From: Alphaproteobacteria bacterium
Lineage (GTDB): Bacteria; Pseudomonadota; Alphaproteobacteria; RF32; CAG-239
DNA length: 64,000 nt
Assembly: GCA_015062585.1 (NCBI GenBank)
Contig: SUUJ01000003.1
Location: 101,774 to 165,773 of the forward strand
Direction: 5' to 3'
Shown: in pieces, positions 16,217-26,081 of the stretch
Layout of the letters: each line of letters opens with the position of its first letter
How positions within the stretch are numbered: position 1 is the stretch's first letter
Notes under the pieces: generated by a model
The model's input: the letters and a program-made list of their open reading frames with translations, nothing else
What the model was told of the DNA's origin: nothing
The model's database searches: none
Position numbers and translations under genes: made by a program

Positions 16217-16687
16217 TCAGCCTTTAGGAAACAAATCACATTGGCGCAAAGCCTCGCCGACTACCATAGTTGCCGAAACAGCCACATTTATCGAACGAGC
16301 CTTCTCGTTCATCGGAATAATGATTCTGGCATCGGCAATTTTGTGAACATCTTCAGGAACGCCTGCCGATTCTCTTCCCATTAAAATTATGTCGTTTTTC
16401 TTAAATTCAAAATCAGTATATGGAATTGATGCCTTAGTAGTCATCAACACGATTCGTCCGTACTCATCCTTGTGTTCATCACGAAATGCTAAAAAATCTT
16501 CCCACGAATTGTGCCTGCGATATTCCACCATATCAAGATAATCCATACCGGCCCTGCGCATTGCTTTGTCATTAAAAATAAAACCGCAAGGCTCGATAAT
16601 ATCGATTCCCAAATCAACACAAGCACAAAGTCTCATCATTGTACCTGTATTTTGCGCAATATCCGGCTGAAATAGAACTAATCGCAT
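16217..16687 (-). CDS. trmL: tRNA (cytidine/uridine34-2'-O)-methyltransferase TrmL (SpoU family)
   Basis: 156-aa SPOUT protein. N-terminus MRLVLFQPDIAQNTGTMMRLCA resembles E. coli TrmL. Confidence 0.8.
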   Translation of the reverse strand: MRLVLFQPDIAQNTGTMMRLCACVDLGIDIIEPCGFIFNDKAMRRAGMDYLDMVEYRRHNSWEDFLAFRDEHKDEYGRIVLMTTKASIPYTDFEFKKNDIILMGRESAGVPEDVHKIADARIIIPMNEKARSINVAVSATMVVGEALRQCDLFPKG

Positions 16688-16696
16688 ATTTTATCC

Positions 16697-17806
16697 TTAT
16701 ACATTGAATAAAAAATTAAGCAAATCCCCATCACGAACAACATAATCCTTACCTTCAGAACGCATCTTGCCGGCTTCCTTAGCTCCTTGTTCTCCGCCAA
16801 ATTTTACATAGTCATCATAGGCTATGGTTTCGGCACGAATAAATCCGCGTTCAAAATCCGAGTGAATTATACCGGCGCAAGTCGGTGCTTTCGACCCCTT
16901 TACAAAAGTCCAAGCTCTAACTTCTTTCGGTCCGGCAGTAAAATAAGTCTGCAATCCCAAAAGCTCGTATCCCTCACGAATAATTTTGGTCAAACCTGTT
17001 TCTTCCAATCCCAAAGTTGCCAAAAATTCTTGCTTTTCCTCTTCGTTATCAAGTTGCGCAACTTCCGATTCTATGGCTGCAGAGATAATAACGGCACGAG
17101 CATTTTCATTTTTTGCTTTTTCAAAAACTTTTTTAGAAAACTCATTACCTTCGGCAGCCGAATTTTCATCAACATTACAAACATACAAAACCGGCTTAGA
17201 AGTCAAAAGTTGCAACATTTTATATGTTTTATAAGCATCTTTATTTGCTATATCAGGAGCAGCTGTTCTAGCGGGTTTTCCTGCTTTCAAAGCCTCAATA
17301 ACCGGCCCCATGACACTGACATTTAATATCGATTCTTTATCACCGCCCTTGGCTTTTTTCTGCGCTTGATCAAATCTTTTTTCCAACGATTCCAAATCGG
17401 CAATCATCAATTCGGTTTCGACGATTTCAGCATCGCGTATCGGATCAACCGAACCTTCAACATGGGTAATATTTTCATCTTCAAAACAGCGTAACACATG
17501 AACGATTGCATCAACTTCTCTGATGTTGGCTAAAAACTGGTTACCCAATCCCTCGCCTTTGGAAGCACCTTTTACAAGACCGGCAATATCAACAAACTCT
17601 AACTGTGTCGGCACCACTGATTTCGGATTAACCATTTCGACCAATTTATCCAAGCGTTTATCCGGCACAGCCACTCTACCGGTGTTTGGCTCTATCGTAC
17701 AAAAAGGAAAGTTAGCTGCCTGAGCCGCAATTGTTTGAGTAAGAGCATTAAACAAAGTCGATTTTCCCACATTTGGCAAGCCGACAATTCCGCAATTAAA
17801 TCCCAT
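16697..17806 (-). CDS. ychF: Ribosome-binding ATPase YchF
   Basis: GIVGLPNVGKSTLFNALT G1 motif. 369 aa. Confidence 0.9.
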   Translation of the reverse strand: MGFNCGIVGLPNVGKSTLFNALTQTIAAQAANFPFCTIEPNTGRVAVPDKRLDKLVEMVNPKSVVPTQLEFVDIAGLVKGASKGEGLGNQFLANIREVDAIVHVLRCFEDENITHVEGSVDPIRDAEIVETELMIADLESLEKRFDQAQKKAKGGDKESILNVSVMGPVIEALKAGKPARTAAPDIANKDAYKTYKMLQLLTSKPVLYVCNVDENSAAEGNEFSKKVFEKAKNENARAVIISAAIESEVAQLDNEEEKQEFLATLGLEETGLTKIIREGYELLGLQTYFTAGPKEVRAWTFVKGSKAPTCAGIIHSDFERGFIRAETIAYDDYVKFGGEQGAKEAGKMRSEGKDYVVRDGDLLNFLFNV

Positions 17807-17886
17807 AAAAAAATCTCCAAATTTTATTTATTTTTAAAATTGTTTTTCTTATAGCCGATAAATATTGATTTTTCAAATAAAAAAAC

Positions 17887-17930
17887 CGCCGTTTTCTTTT
17901 TTTTTCAAAAAGAAAACAGCGATTTTTAAT
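17887..17930 (-). terminator. Rho-independent terminator; first copy of a repeated terminator sequence
   Basis: 15-bp stem cgccgttttcttttt/aaaaagaaaacagcg with one mismatch and loop ttttc, flanked by A/T runs. Nearly the same stem recurs at 18491-18517. Confidence 0.65.
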
Positions 17931-18409
17931 CAAATTCGTTCGCGACAAAACTCAGGAGCAAGCATGTTATACAAGTCGATTACATCACTGTAATATGCCG
18001 GTGCTTGTTTTAGCACTCTTTTTGTTTCCACAGACAGATCCCACCTTTTCAAATAGTGAAACAACAAATTGGGATATTGGCATATCATTTTATCTGTGTA
18101 TTTATTACGTGAAACACGGCAAAAACATCTTTGTAACAACAAGTTCTTTTCAGGTCCATAATTTTTCAACTCTTCAAAGTATGCATCACACACATTTCCG
18201 TTCTGATTTAAAAAATTCAAAGCGCTTGAATAGTTGTGCAACACGGATACAAGATCCTTAAACTTGTCATCCCACTTGTTTCTTTTTCGACTGTTTAACG
18301 ACGTCTTGTCAATGTTATTCAAAACAATTGAAACTCTTGTTCCTTCGTCTTTTCCATCCATTGTCATCCATTCTAAATAGCTGACAAATTTATTTAATAT
18401 CTCCAACAT
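17930..18409 (-). CDS. Hypothetical protein (orphan ORF inserted between ychF and pth)
   Basis: 159-aa ORF, Cys-containing, no recognisable motif. Has its own terminator. Confidence 0.5.
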   Translation of the reverse strand: MLEILNKFVSYLEWMTMDGKDEGTRVSIVLNNIDKTSLNSRKRNKWDDKFKDLVSVLHNYSSALNFLNQNGNVCDAYFEELKNYGPEKNLLLQRCFCRVSRNKYTDKMICQYPNLLFHYLKRWDLSVETKRVLKQAPAYYSDVIDLYNMLAPEFCRERI

Positions 18410-18490
18410 ATATATATGTAAATTAACGTTAATAATCCAAAATTATGAACGTACTATACCAAAAAATTGACATTTTTTCAACAAAAAAAA

Positions 18491-18520
18491 CGCCGTTCCG
18501 TTTTCATCAAACGAAACAGC
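18491..18520 (-). terminator. Rho-independent terminator of pth; second copy of the repeated terminator sequence
   Basis: cgccgttccgttt/aaacgaaacagcg stem with loop tcatca and flanking A8. Shares the cgccgtt...gaaacagcgatttt core with 17887-17930. Confidence 0.6.
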
Positions 18521-18596
18521 GATTTTATTAAAATTTAGAGAGTTTTTCTATCATATCTCTCAGCTCTGTCATTATAAAATCTGATAACGACCTCTT

Positions 18597-19169
18597 TTAT
18601 TTGTGATTAAGCATACCCAATTGATTCGAATATTCAGCCACGCCTTTTTTTATCAAAATACCAATTGTCTTAACCACAGTTTCAATTGCTTCATCAAGCT
18701 TATTTTTATCTTCTTTGCCAAAGCCGGACAACACATAATTTATCACTTCAGCACCTTTGTCCTTAGCGTGTCCGACACCCATTCTGATACGATTATAATT
18801 AGGAGTAATTGCCGCATCAATAGACTTTAATCCGTTATGCCCGCCGGCACCACCGCCGATTTTTGCTTTTATTTTGCCGATTGGCAAATCCATATCGTCA
18901 TGTATAACTATAATGTTTTGCGGCAATATTTTATAAAAATTAGCAGCCTTAACCACCGCATTTCCCGATAAATTCATATAAGTATGAGGTTTTAGGATAT
19001 AAACTTTTTCACCCTCAATTTTACCCTCGGCAATAACCCCGTCAAATTTTGCTCTAAATGGCGAAAAACTATATTTGTCGACCAAAGCATCAACCGTCAT
19101 AAATCCGGCATTATGACGCGTATTTTCATATTCTTTTCCCGGATTTCCGAGACCGACGATTAAAAACAT
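18597..19169 (-). CDS. pth: Peptidyl-tRNA hydrolase
   Basis: LIVGLGNPGKEY N-terminal motif. 190 aa. Confidence 0.9.
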   Translation of the reverse strand: MFLIVGLGNPGKEYENTRHNAGFMTVDALVDKYSFSPFRAKFDGVIAEGKIEGEKVYILKPHTYMNLSGNAVVKAANFYKILPQNIIVIHDDMDLPIGKIKAKIGGGAGGHNGLKSIDAAITPNYNRIRMGVGHAKDKGAEVINYVLSGFGKEDKNKLDEAIETVVKTIGILIKKGVAEYSNQLGMLNHK

Positions 19170-19241
19170 TTTATTACCTTTTTTTATTAAAAAAGCGGCT
19201 AAAGTAATTTTTACTCCAACCGCTTATACCTTTTCACTCAT

Positions 19242-19366
19242 AAAAATCCGGATAATGAGGTAAATAATAAGAAATAAGAAATTTTGTGAGCGAGCGTACA
19301 AAGAAGTACGTGACCGAACAAAATGTTCGCAATTTCTGTATTAGTTACCCATTAGACGAGTTTTTA
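19242..19366 (+). repeat. Copy 3 of the RPE-like repeat; its 3' end coincides with the rplY stop codon
   Basis: Shares with the other two copies ccggataatgag ... ttttgtgagcgagcgtacaaagaagtacgtga ... attagacgagttttta. Confidence 0.6.
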
Positions 19367-19648
19367 TTTTCTGACGAAATCTACGTGAATAGCCTTATCA
19401 GAAACCGGGTGGAATTGAACATCTTTGCAAACAACTGCAATTTTTTTACCGTCCAAAACAACTTCGATATCCATATCGTAAAAACCTCTGGTATCCAAAG
19501 CTTTTTCCAATTCAACCGGGTGCAATGAAATCATTACAGGTTCTTGTTTTCCACCATAAATAACTGCAGGAACGCGACCCTCACGACGACATGCACGAGC
19601 TGCCCCCTTACCTGCTTTTTCTCTTTTTTCAGCATTAAATGTAATCAT
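19364..19648 (-). CDS. rplY: 50S ribosomal protein L25 (short form)
   Basis: 94 aa. RVPAVIYG motif. Conserved rplY-pth-ychF neighbourhood. Confidence 0.8.
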   Translation of the reverse strand: MITFNAEKREKAGKGAARACRREGRVPAVIYGGKQEPVMISLHPVELEKALDTRGFYDMDIEVVLDGKKIAVVCKDVQFHPVSDKAIHVDFVRK

Positions 19649-19752
19649 TTTTTTATTCCTTAAATTTTAATCAAATTAAGTGATAAGACCTCCAGGGGTG
19701 TCTTATCTTCCTCGCCTTTTATACTACAAAAAATTTATTTTTCAAGGATTTT

Positions 19753-20358
19753 TTAATCTTGATTATTTAGCGATTTTCTTGAGTTTAGCGCCAACTGAAT
19801 TGTACCCTCGTCCATATAATCAAGCTCGGCACCCATCGGAATTCCTTGAGCTAATGTTGTAATCTTAACACCGCTTTCCTTAAAGCGTGAAACCAGATAG
19901 TGAGAGGTGATTTGTCCGTCAATTGTTGCCGGCAAGGCCAAAACCAATTCTTTTACCTCGCCGGAAGCAATTCTCTTTTCCAAAGCATCAATATTCAAAT
20001 CTTCCGGCACAATGCCTTCCATCGCCGATAAAACACCACCTAATACATGATATTTTCCCTTAAACAAAGAAACTCGTTCCATTGCCCACAAATCAGCGAC
20101 ATCTCTGACCACGCAAATCAACGAGGAATCTCTGGTTTGTGACGAGCATACCGGACATGGCGAAACAGTATCAAAATTGCCGCAAATTTCACAGGTTTTT
20201 ATATTTGATGCTACATTATTTAAGGATTCTATCAATGGCAAAAAAATACTTTCTCTTTTGTTAAGCAAATGCAAAACAATACGCCTTGCCGAGCGTAAAC
20301 CCAGTGACGGTAATTTTGCAATTTGTTTTACCAAAATTTCTATATCGTTTCCTGCCAT
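19753..20358 (-). CDS. recR: Recombination protein RecR
   Basis: C4 zinc finger CEICGNFDTVSPCPVC; Toprim domain. 201 aa. Confidence 0.9.
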   Translation of the reverse strand: MAGNDIEILVKQIAKLPSLGLRSARRIVLHLLNKRESIFLPLIESLNNVASNIKTCEICGNFDTVSPCPVCSSQTRDSSLICVVRDVADLWAMERVSLFKGKYHVLGGVLSAMEGIVPEDLNIDALEKRIASGEVKELVLALPATIDGQITSHYLVSRFKESGVKITTLAQGIPMGAELDYMDEGTIQLALNSRKSLNNQD

Positions 20359-20368
20359 ATCAACACCG

Positions 20369-20689
20369 TTAAAAAGGAAGTTTCATACCGCCTAAATTAA
20401 GTCCGCCGGTAATAGAACCCATAGCTTCGCCCATTTTGGCATCAGCTTTTTCTTTTGCGTCATTATATGCAGCTACAATCAAATCTTCCAAAACTTCAAC
20501 ATCATCTGCGTCAACAATACTTTTATCTAAGTTTATTTTTTTCATTTCGAACTTTCCGCTCAAAACAACCTTAACCATCCCACCGCCGGAAACACCCTCA
20601 AATTCTTCTTGCTCTAGTCTTTGTTGTTCCTCTTGCATTTTCTTTTGCATCATTTGAGCTTGTTTCATCAAACCTTGAATATTCATCAT
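20369..20689 (-). CDS. ybaB: Nucleoid-associated protein YbaB/EbfC
   Basis: 106 aa. MMQKKMQEEQ ... GGLNLGGMKLPF. Lies between dnaX and recR. Confidence 0.85.
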   Translation of the reverse strand: MMNIQGLMKQAQMMQKKMQEEQQRLEQEEFEGVSGGGMVKVVLSGKFEMKKINLDKSIVDADDVEVLEDLIVAAYNDAKEKADAKMGEAMGSITGGLNLGGMKLPF

Positions 20690-20690
20690 T

Positions 20691-22358
20691 TTAATTTTCC
20701 TCTTCCATATATATCATATCATCACCGAAAACATCTTCGCCTTTTTCGGCTTGTTCAATAATTTTGCGGGTCAAAGTTTCGATTTTTGCCCCTTTAAATT
20801 CAGCCATAATAACTTTTACCAAGGGCAAATCCATCACATCTTTTTTCTGCATCATATCTTTTTCAGCTTCTTTATCAGCCAATGTTTGCCCCAAAGGAGC
20901 ACTCAGGACATCTATTTCCCATTTAAAACCCGTAGCCTCTTTCAAGACATTTTGCAAATTCAGTAAAAAGTCATTATTTATTTTTTCCGAAATGGTAATT
21001 TTCATCTTACCGTTAGAAAATTCTTCAAAAGAAATGTCATTTTTTATACTGTAAGACAGCATCATTTTTTTGGCAGAAACCAAATAATCAACTAATTGTT
21101 GAGGAGTATCAAAAATTGTTGCTTCTTTCGATTCGCTATCTTTTGTTATATTTATTTCATTATTAAACCGCGTCGGCGAAACAGTTATATTAGAGTTTTT
21201 TTTTAAGCCGTCCAACAGCTCGTTTGGAGTAGGAAGATTAGCCGAATAAGCCACTCTTATAAGTATCATTTCCAACGCATCTGTTTGTGATGGAGCAATA
21301 TTAACTTCTGAAATACCTTTAATAAACATTTGCCACATTTTTGACAATACCGGCATGGAAATCTGCGAAGCAACGCGACTGCAAAATTCTTTTTCATTTT
21401 CCGATAAGGCTGTATCATTTATCGAATCAGGTACAATTTTTACCTTTGCCAACATATGAACAATATTTATTAAATCATGCAATACAACTACCGGATTTGC
21501 ACCGTCATTAAATTGTTTTGCGATATTGGTAACAACACTTTGTGTTTCACCGGAAATCAAACTTTCAAACAACTCAAAAGTTTGTCCTCTGTCTGCCAAA
21601 CCTACCATTTCTCTGACAACATCGGTTTTAACTTCTCCGGCGCCCAAAGATATAGCTTGGTCAAGAAGTGACAAGCCGTCACGACAAGAACCGTCAGCTG
21701 CTTTTGCTATCAAGTGCAAAGCTTCTTCTTCAGCGTTAAAACCTTCTTTTTGAGCAATATTTTTAAAATGCTCCATAAGAAGTTCAATACTAAGTCTTTG
21801 CAGGTCAAATCTTTGGCAACGCGACAAAACCGTAACCGGAACTTTTCTGATTTCGGTAGTTGCAAAAATAAATATTACATGAGAAGGCGGTTCTTCCAAA
21901 GTCTTCAACAAAGCATTGAATGCCGAATTTGATAGCATATGAACTTCGTCGATGATATATACTTTATAGCGACCGTTTGTAGGCTTGTAACGCACTCCGT
22001 CCAAAATATCTCTGATGTCGTTTACGCCGGTACGAGAAGCAGCGTCAAGTTCCAACACATCGATATGTCTCGATTCGGCAATAGCTTTGCAATTTTCGCA
22101 AATTCCGCAAGGGTTCACCGTTACACCGTTAACAGCATCTTTACCGGTACAATTCAATGCCTTTGCAATAATACGAGCTGTGGTAGTTTTTCCGACACCT
22201 CTGATACCGGTTAAAATATATGCATGGTGAAGACGATTATTTTTTATGGCGTTGGTAATTGTTTTGACCAAAGCATCTTGTCCCAAAAGCTCATTAAAAC
22301 TTTGCGGGCGATATTTTCTTGCCAAAACTACATAATTTTCTTTGTTTTCTTCTGCCAT
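20691..22358 (-). CDS. dnaX: DNA polymerase III subunit tau/gamma
   Basis: AAA+ motifs GIRGVGKTTTARI and IYIIDEVHMLS; Zn module CGICENC. 555 aa. Confidence 0.9.
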   Translation of the reverse strand: MAEENKENYVVLARKYRPQSFNELLGQDALVKTITNAIKNNRLHHAYILTGIRGVGKTTTARIIAKALNCTGKDAVNGVTVNPCGICENCKAIAESRHIDVLELDAASRTGVNDIRDILDGVRYKPTNGRYKVYIIDEVHMLSNSAFNALLKTLEEPPSHVIFIFATTEIRKVPVTVLSRCQRFDLQRLSIELLMEHFKNIAQKEGFNAEEEALHLIAKAADGSCRDGLSLLDQAISLGAGEVKTDVVREMVGLADRGQTFELFESLISGETQSVVTNIAKQFNDGANPVVVLHDLINIVHMLAKVKIVPDSINDTALSENEKEFCSRVASQISMPVLSKMWQMFIKGISEVNIAPSQTDALEMILIRVAYSANLPTPNELLDGLKKNSNITVSPTRFNNEINITKDSESKEATIFDTPQQLVDYLVSAKKMMLSYSIKNDISFEEFSNGKMKITISEKINNDFLLNLQNVLKEATGFKWEIDVLSAPLGQTLADKEAEKDMMQKKDVMDLPLVKVIMAEFKGAKIETLTRKIIEQAEKGEDVFGDDMIYMEEEN

Positions 22359-22381
22359 AAAAAACTCTTTATTTCAAAAAA

Positions 22382-22474
22382 CTGGTGGAGAGAAATCGAC
22401 CTTGGTTAATCTCGTTACGGCTGCTTCCTTCCGGACCTGACCGGATTGGCGAAACACCAACCCGTTCCCCTCCA
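22382..22474 (-). ncRNA. ffs: Signal recognition particle RNA (4.5S/ffs, small bacterial type)
   Basis: The reverse complement contains GGUCAGGUCCGGAAGGAAGCAGCC, the conserved domain IV motif (E. coli 4.5S: AGGUCAGGUCCGGAAGGAAGCAGCC). The terminal helix UGGAGGGG.../...CUCUCCACC closes the molecule. Lies upstream of dnaX as in many bacteria. Confidence 0.8.
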
Positions 22475-22523
22475 AAAACATACTTAGCAAAAAGCCGGTT
22501 GTTTTTCAAGTTTAATTTTTTTA

Positions 22524-24014
22524 TTAGTTAATATATATACCCATATCTCTAAGTTGTTTTTGCGCAACCTCGGAATCATCATATTCGTAACAAAGCCCCA
22601 TTGTCATATCTGAAGATACGGTTTGTCCGTATATAACAATTTGCGCCAATGTTTCATCTTTACCATAAATTTTTGGCATACAATAGTCAGCCGTAATGTC
22701 TACCATCGGCAAAGGTTCGTTAACCTCTTCAAATTGTGCATCGCCGCTATCAACCACAATATTTCCGCTGGGCATAATTTCTATAATATCCAGCGAGTGC
22801 TGATTCGAGCCATTCTTAAAAAATCTGACCCTGCCGTTCAAACCGCTAAAACCGTTAACCGAAGTTATACCTTCGTTTATCGTGTCGCTGTCCCCTTCAG
22901 ATAGCTGATTTGCTATGTTAATTGCATCATAAGCAAGAGTATACAAACTGCTCGGTTTTTCACCAAATGTCGTATAATACTGATTTGCAAAATTATTGTC
23001 TGCCGGCTTGGTCAGTGTCGGATACAAACTTTTTGTAATAACAACTTCATTATTCAAGCGCGCTAAATTCCACAACGATGTACCTAGAAACTGAACTTCC
23101 GGATATCCGGCATCAAAATAAGCAAACATTGATATAGCCGAAGTCAGCTTTGCACCGGTTTCAGGAATAATAACAGCGTCAAAACCAACATCGCCCAGAC
23201 CCTCTCTGGTGGCAATTTTTTTCAAAGCTCTTTCTGCCTTTTCGTCTCCTTCTTCAGCCAGTCTTTCTAATTGACTTTTTATATCAAGTACACGGGCATG
23301 GCGCATATCATAATTTGTCATCTGCTTAACTATTTCCGAAAAATCAGAAGTCCCCGGAGTATAAAAACCGATAACTTTGACCTCTACACCATTTTTTTGT
23401 GCCGATTTTACGGCAGCTTTGGCTACCGAACCGCCGGTAGAATTATCCGGCAACAACAAAGCAAACCTTTTTCTTCCTTTGTTGGCGGCATAAGTCATTA
23501 TTCGGTCGACCTGTTCTTCCAACATCAAGCCCAAAGTATATACTGTCGGTTGCAAAACTTCTTGTGCTGTCGAAAAAGCGATAACAGGCACGCCCTGATA
23601 AATTGTTTCATTGCTGATTGCCTGAACTTCGGTACTCTTTAACGGACCTATAATCAAATCAGAACCCTGATTCATAGCGTTTTCAATAGCAACTCTGGCA
23701 CCGGAAATACTGCTTTTTGTGTCATAATATTGCAAGACTAACTTAGGATTATTTATATCTTGCAAGGCTAACATTGAGGCATATTTTAATCCTGTGCCGT
23801 ATTTAGCATCGGCACCGCTTAAAGGAAGTAACATTCCAACTCTGAAACTATCATTATCAGAAATACTTATTTCTTCAACATCGCTACTAAAACTGTCGGC
23901 CCAACCTTCATCTTTTATCGAATTGGAAGAACACGAAGTTAAAACAAAGCCAAATAAAACAAAACAAAATTTTTTTAACACTTGCTTTTTATCCCAAAAT
24001 ATAAAACAATCCAT
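22524..24014 (-). CDS. LpoA-like lipoprotein with a periplasmic-binding-protein (type 1) fold
   Basis: Lipobox LTSCSS. PBP1-like domain. Synteny matches E. coli, where rsmI lies divergent to lpoA-yraN. Confidence 0.5.
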   Translation of the reverse strand: MDCFIFWDKKQVLKKFCFVLFGFVLTSCSSNSIKDEGWADSFSSDVEEISISDNDSFRVGMLLPLSGADAKYGTGLKYASMLALQDINNPKLVLQYYDTKSSISGARVAIENAMNQGSDLIIGPLKSTEVQAISNETIYQGVPVIAFSTAQEVLQPTVYTLGLMLEEQVDRIMTYAANKGRKRFALLLPDNSTGGSVAKAAVKSAQKNGVEVKVIGFYTPGTSDFSEIVKQMTNYDMRHARVLDIKSQLERLAEEGDEKAERALKKIATREGLGDVGFDAVIIPETGAKLTSAISMFAYFDAGYPEVQFLGTSLWNLARLNNEVVITKSLYPTLTKPADNNFANQYYTTFGEKPSSLYTLAYDAINIANQLSEGDSDTINEGITSVNGFSGLNGRVRFFKNGSNQHSLDIIEIMPSGNIVVDSGDAQFEEVNEPLPMVDITADYCMPKIYGKDETLAQIVIYGQTVSSDMTMGLCYEYDDSEVAQKQLRDMGIYIN

Positions 24015-24064
24015 TTAACATAATGTTTTATTCCAAAATTTCTTTATTGTAAAGAGAGGTCTTT

Positions 24065-24892
24065 ATGAAAAGCGGCATTTATCTTGTAGCAACCCCCATC
24101 GGTAACATTGCCGATATATCCTTACGCGCGCTTGATGTCTTAAAAAATGCCGATATTATTGCTTGCGAAGATACCCGAATAACAAAAAAATTGTTTTCAC
24201 TGCTTGCCGTTTCTACAAGCGGAAAATCTTTTGTTACCATGCATGATCACAATGAAGAAGATATATCCCAATCTTTAATCGATTCGGCCTCATCAGGACA
24301 CATTGTTGCCTATGTTTCCGACGCCGGATCACCGCTTATATCTGACCCGGGATATAAATTGGCAAAAAAATGCCGTAAACAAAATGTCTACTTAACCACT
24401 ATACCCGGAGCTTGTGCCGCAATTTGCGCGCTTCAACTATCAGGCTTGCCATCAAACAGCTTTACTTTTGTCGGCTTTATTCCCAACAAAGACAAGGCTC
24501 GCAAAGACTTGTTTACTAAATACAAAAATTATGATTCAACTCTCATTTTTTATGAAACAGCTAACCGTTTGATAAAAACCTTGGAAGCCCTAAAAGATAT
24601 TTTTCCTCATCGCGAGATATCTGTGGCTCGAGAGATAACCAAACTGTACGAAGAATGCAAAACCGGATCTGTCGACGAATTGCTCACATATTATTCCGAC
24701 AATCAACCAAAAGGCGAAATCGTTTTGATGGTTGCCCCCTCAAACGAAGAAGAAAATATTGACTATGAAGCCGAACTGATACAAGAATTGAAAAAATCAA
24801 CCTTAAAAACTGCGGTAAAAAATATCGTAGAAAAATACAACTTAAACAAAAACGAAGTGTATCAAAAAGCGTTGGAATTAAAAAATGGCTAA
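24065..24892 (+). CDS. rsmI: 16S rRNA (cytidine1402-2'-O)-methyltransferase RsmI
   Basis: GIYLVATPIGNIADISLRALDVLKNADIIACEDTR is the N-terminal signature of RsmI (tetrapyrrole-methylase fold). Confidence 0.85.
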   Translation: MKSGIYLVATPIGNIADISLRALDVLKNADIIACEDTRITKKLFSLLAVSTSGKSFVTMHDHNEEDISQSLIDSASSGHIVAYVSDAGSPLISDPGYKLAKKCRKQNVYLTTIPGACAAICALQLSGLPSNSFTFVGFIPNKDKARKDLFTKYKNYDSTLIFYETANRLIKTLEALKDIFPHREISVAREITKLYEECKTGSVDELLTYYSDNQPKGEIVLMVAPSNEEENIDYEAELIQELKKSTLKTAVKNIVEKYNLNKNEVYQKALELKNG

Positions 24893-25235
24893 AGAAAATC
24901 AAGGAAAATTTGCCGAATTTATGGCTTTGCAATATCTAAGACTTAAAGGCTATGCTTTAGTATCTTGCAATTATATTACCGGCCGCGGAACCGGAGCCGG
25001 CGAAGTTGATATTATTGTCAAAAATCAAAATACTTTGGCTTTTATCGAGGTAAAAAAACGCAAAGATATTTCTACTGCGGCCTATTCCATTCAGCCTAAA
25101 CAACAACAGCGTATTCGTCGTGCAGCCGAAGTTTTTTTGGCTCATCATTCCGAATATCAAAATTTTAACATTCGCTTCGATGCTGTCTTAGTCGAGCTTC
25201 CTTTTAAAATCGAACATATAGAAAATGCTTTTTAA
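24885..25235 (+). CDS. yraN: YraN/UPF0102 family endonuclease-like protein
   Basis: FAEFMALQYLRLKGYALVSCNY ... GEVDIIV ... IEVKKRK. 116 aa. Confidence 0.8.
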   Translation: MAKENQGKFAEFMALQYLRLKGYALVSCNYITGRGTGAGEVDIIVKNQNTLAFIEVKKRKDISTAAYSIQPKQQQRIRRAAEVFLAHHSEYQNFNIRFDAVLVELPFKIEHIENAF

Positions 25236-25272
25236 AACAAAAAACGGTCAGCTATCATGCTAACCGTCTTTC

Positions 25273-25773
25273 TTAAAGGGTACAGAATACATTTTTTGGA
25301 TAACCGGCAAAGTTCATAGACACATAAACCGGCGCGTTTGTGTACATAGCATTGATTTTAAGTTCATCATCTTCATTCTGACAAAAACAGGTTGCTTTTA
25401 TGGCCTCAGATTCATTGTCAGGTAATATCAGATAGCCTTCATAATGACCTTTATCAACTTTTACCGTAGGCACAAAACACCACTCATCGCCATGCGACAC
25501 CAGATAATCAAAAAATCTTTCTCTTGCATCCACAAAAATTCCGATTTGGATGCCGGCAATTACTAAAATAATGCAAATAGACTGTACTAAATCCGGATAA
25601 AAAAACATTGCCCCTATCGCAAAATATATCAAGATCCTGTATATTGCGGCTACTTTTTTTATCTTGGTTAATGTAGTCAATCTATTTCTTATCAACACCA
25701 ACACTATGGTTGATATTGCCAAAATACCTAAAATAACTTTCATAATCAATTTTTGATTTCTATGATATGCCAC
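25273..25773 (-). CDS. Hypothetical membrane protein (3 TM plus a Cys-containing C-terminal domain)
   Basis: 166-aa ORF with no recognisable family. Confidence 0.45.
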   Translation of the reverse strand: MAYHRNQKLIMKVILGILAISTIVLVLIRNRLTTLTKIKKVAAIYRILIYFAIGAMFFYPDLVQSICIILVIAGIQIGIFVDARERFFDYLVSHGDEWCFVPTVKVDKGHYEGYLILPDNESEAIKATCFCQNEDDELKINAMYTNAPVYVSMNFAGYPKNVFCTL

Positions 25774-26018
25774 ATCTTTTTTGATATGTCATATCCGGCA
25801 ATTACAAACTTGGATTCTTGCCAAGCCGGAGGCTCGCTGGATACAAGAAACCCTTCTTCTGTCAAACCGTCTCTTTCAAACTCCACCACATAAAACTTAT
25901 CTGTCGGAGAATATTTGTAGCCGGTTACATTTACAAGTCCAAGATTAAACTTGTTGGTGCTTTTGTAAAGAATTAGCATTACAATAAGCACGAGAACTAA
26001 AAACTTCATAATCGACAT
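25746..26018 (-). CDS. Hypothetical small membrane-anchored protein
   Basis: 90 aa with an N-terminal TM helix. Overlaps the downstream ORF by 28 nt. Confidence 0.4.
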   Translation of the reverse strand: MSIMKFLVLVLIVMLILYKSTNKFNLGLVNVTGYKYSPTDKFYVVEFERDGLTEEGFLVSSEPPAWQESKFVIAGYDISKKMWHIIEIKN

Positions 26019-26081
26019 AATTACTGTTATATTTTTTTAATTTGGACAAAAAAACTAACAAAAAACAATCGTTCTGTCAAT

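Noticed and set aside
22524-24014. Annotating the 496-aa lipoprotein as an amino-acid ABC transporter substrate-binding protein
   Set aside because: It has a PBP type-1 fold, but there are no adjacent permease or ATPase genes. The rsmI-divergent/yraN-upstream context matches E. coli lpoA (yraM), so an LpoA-like assignment is preferred, with moderate confidence.
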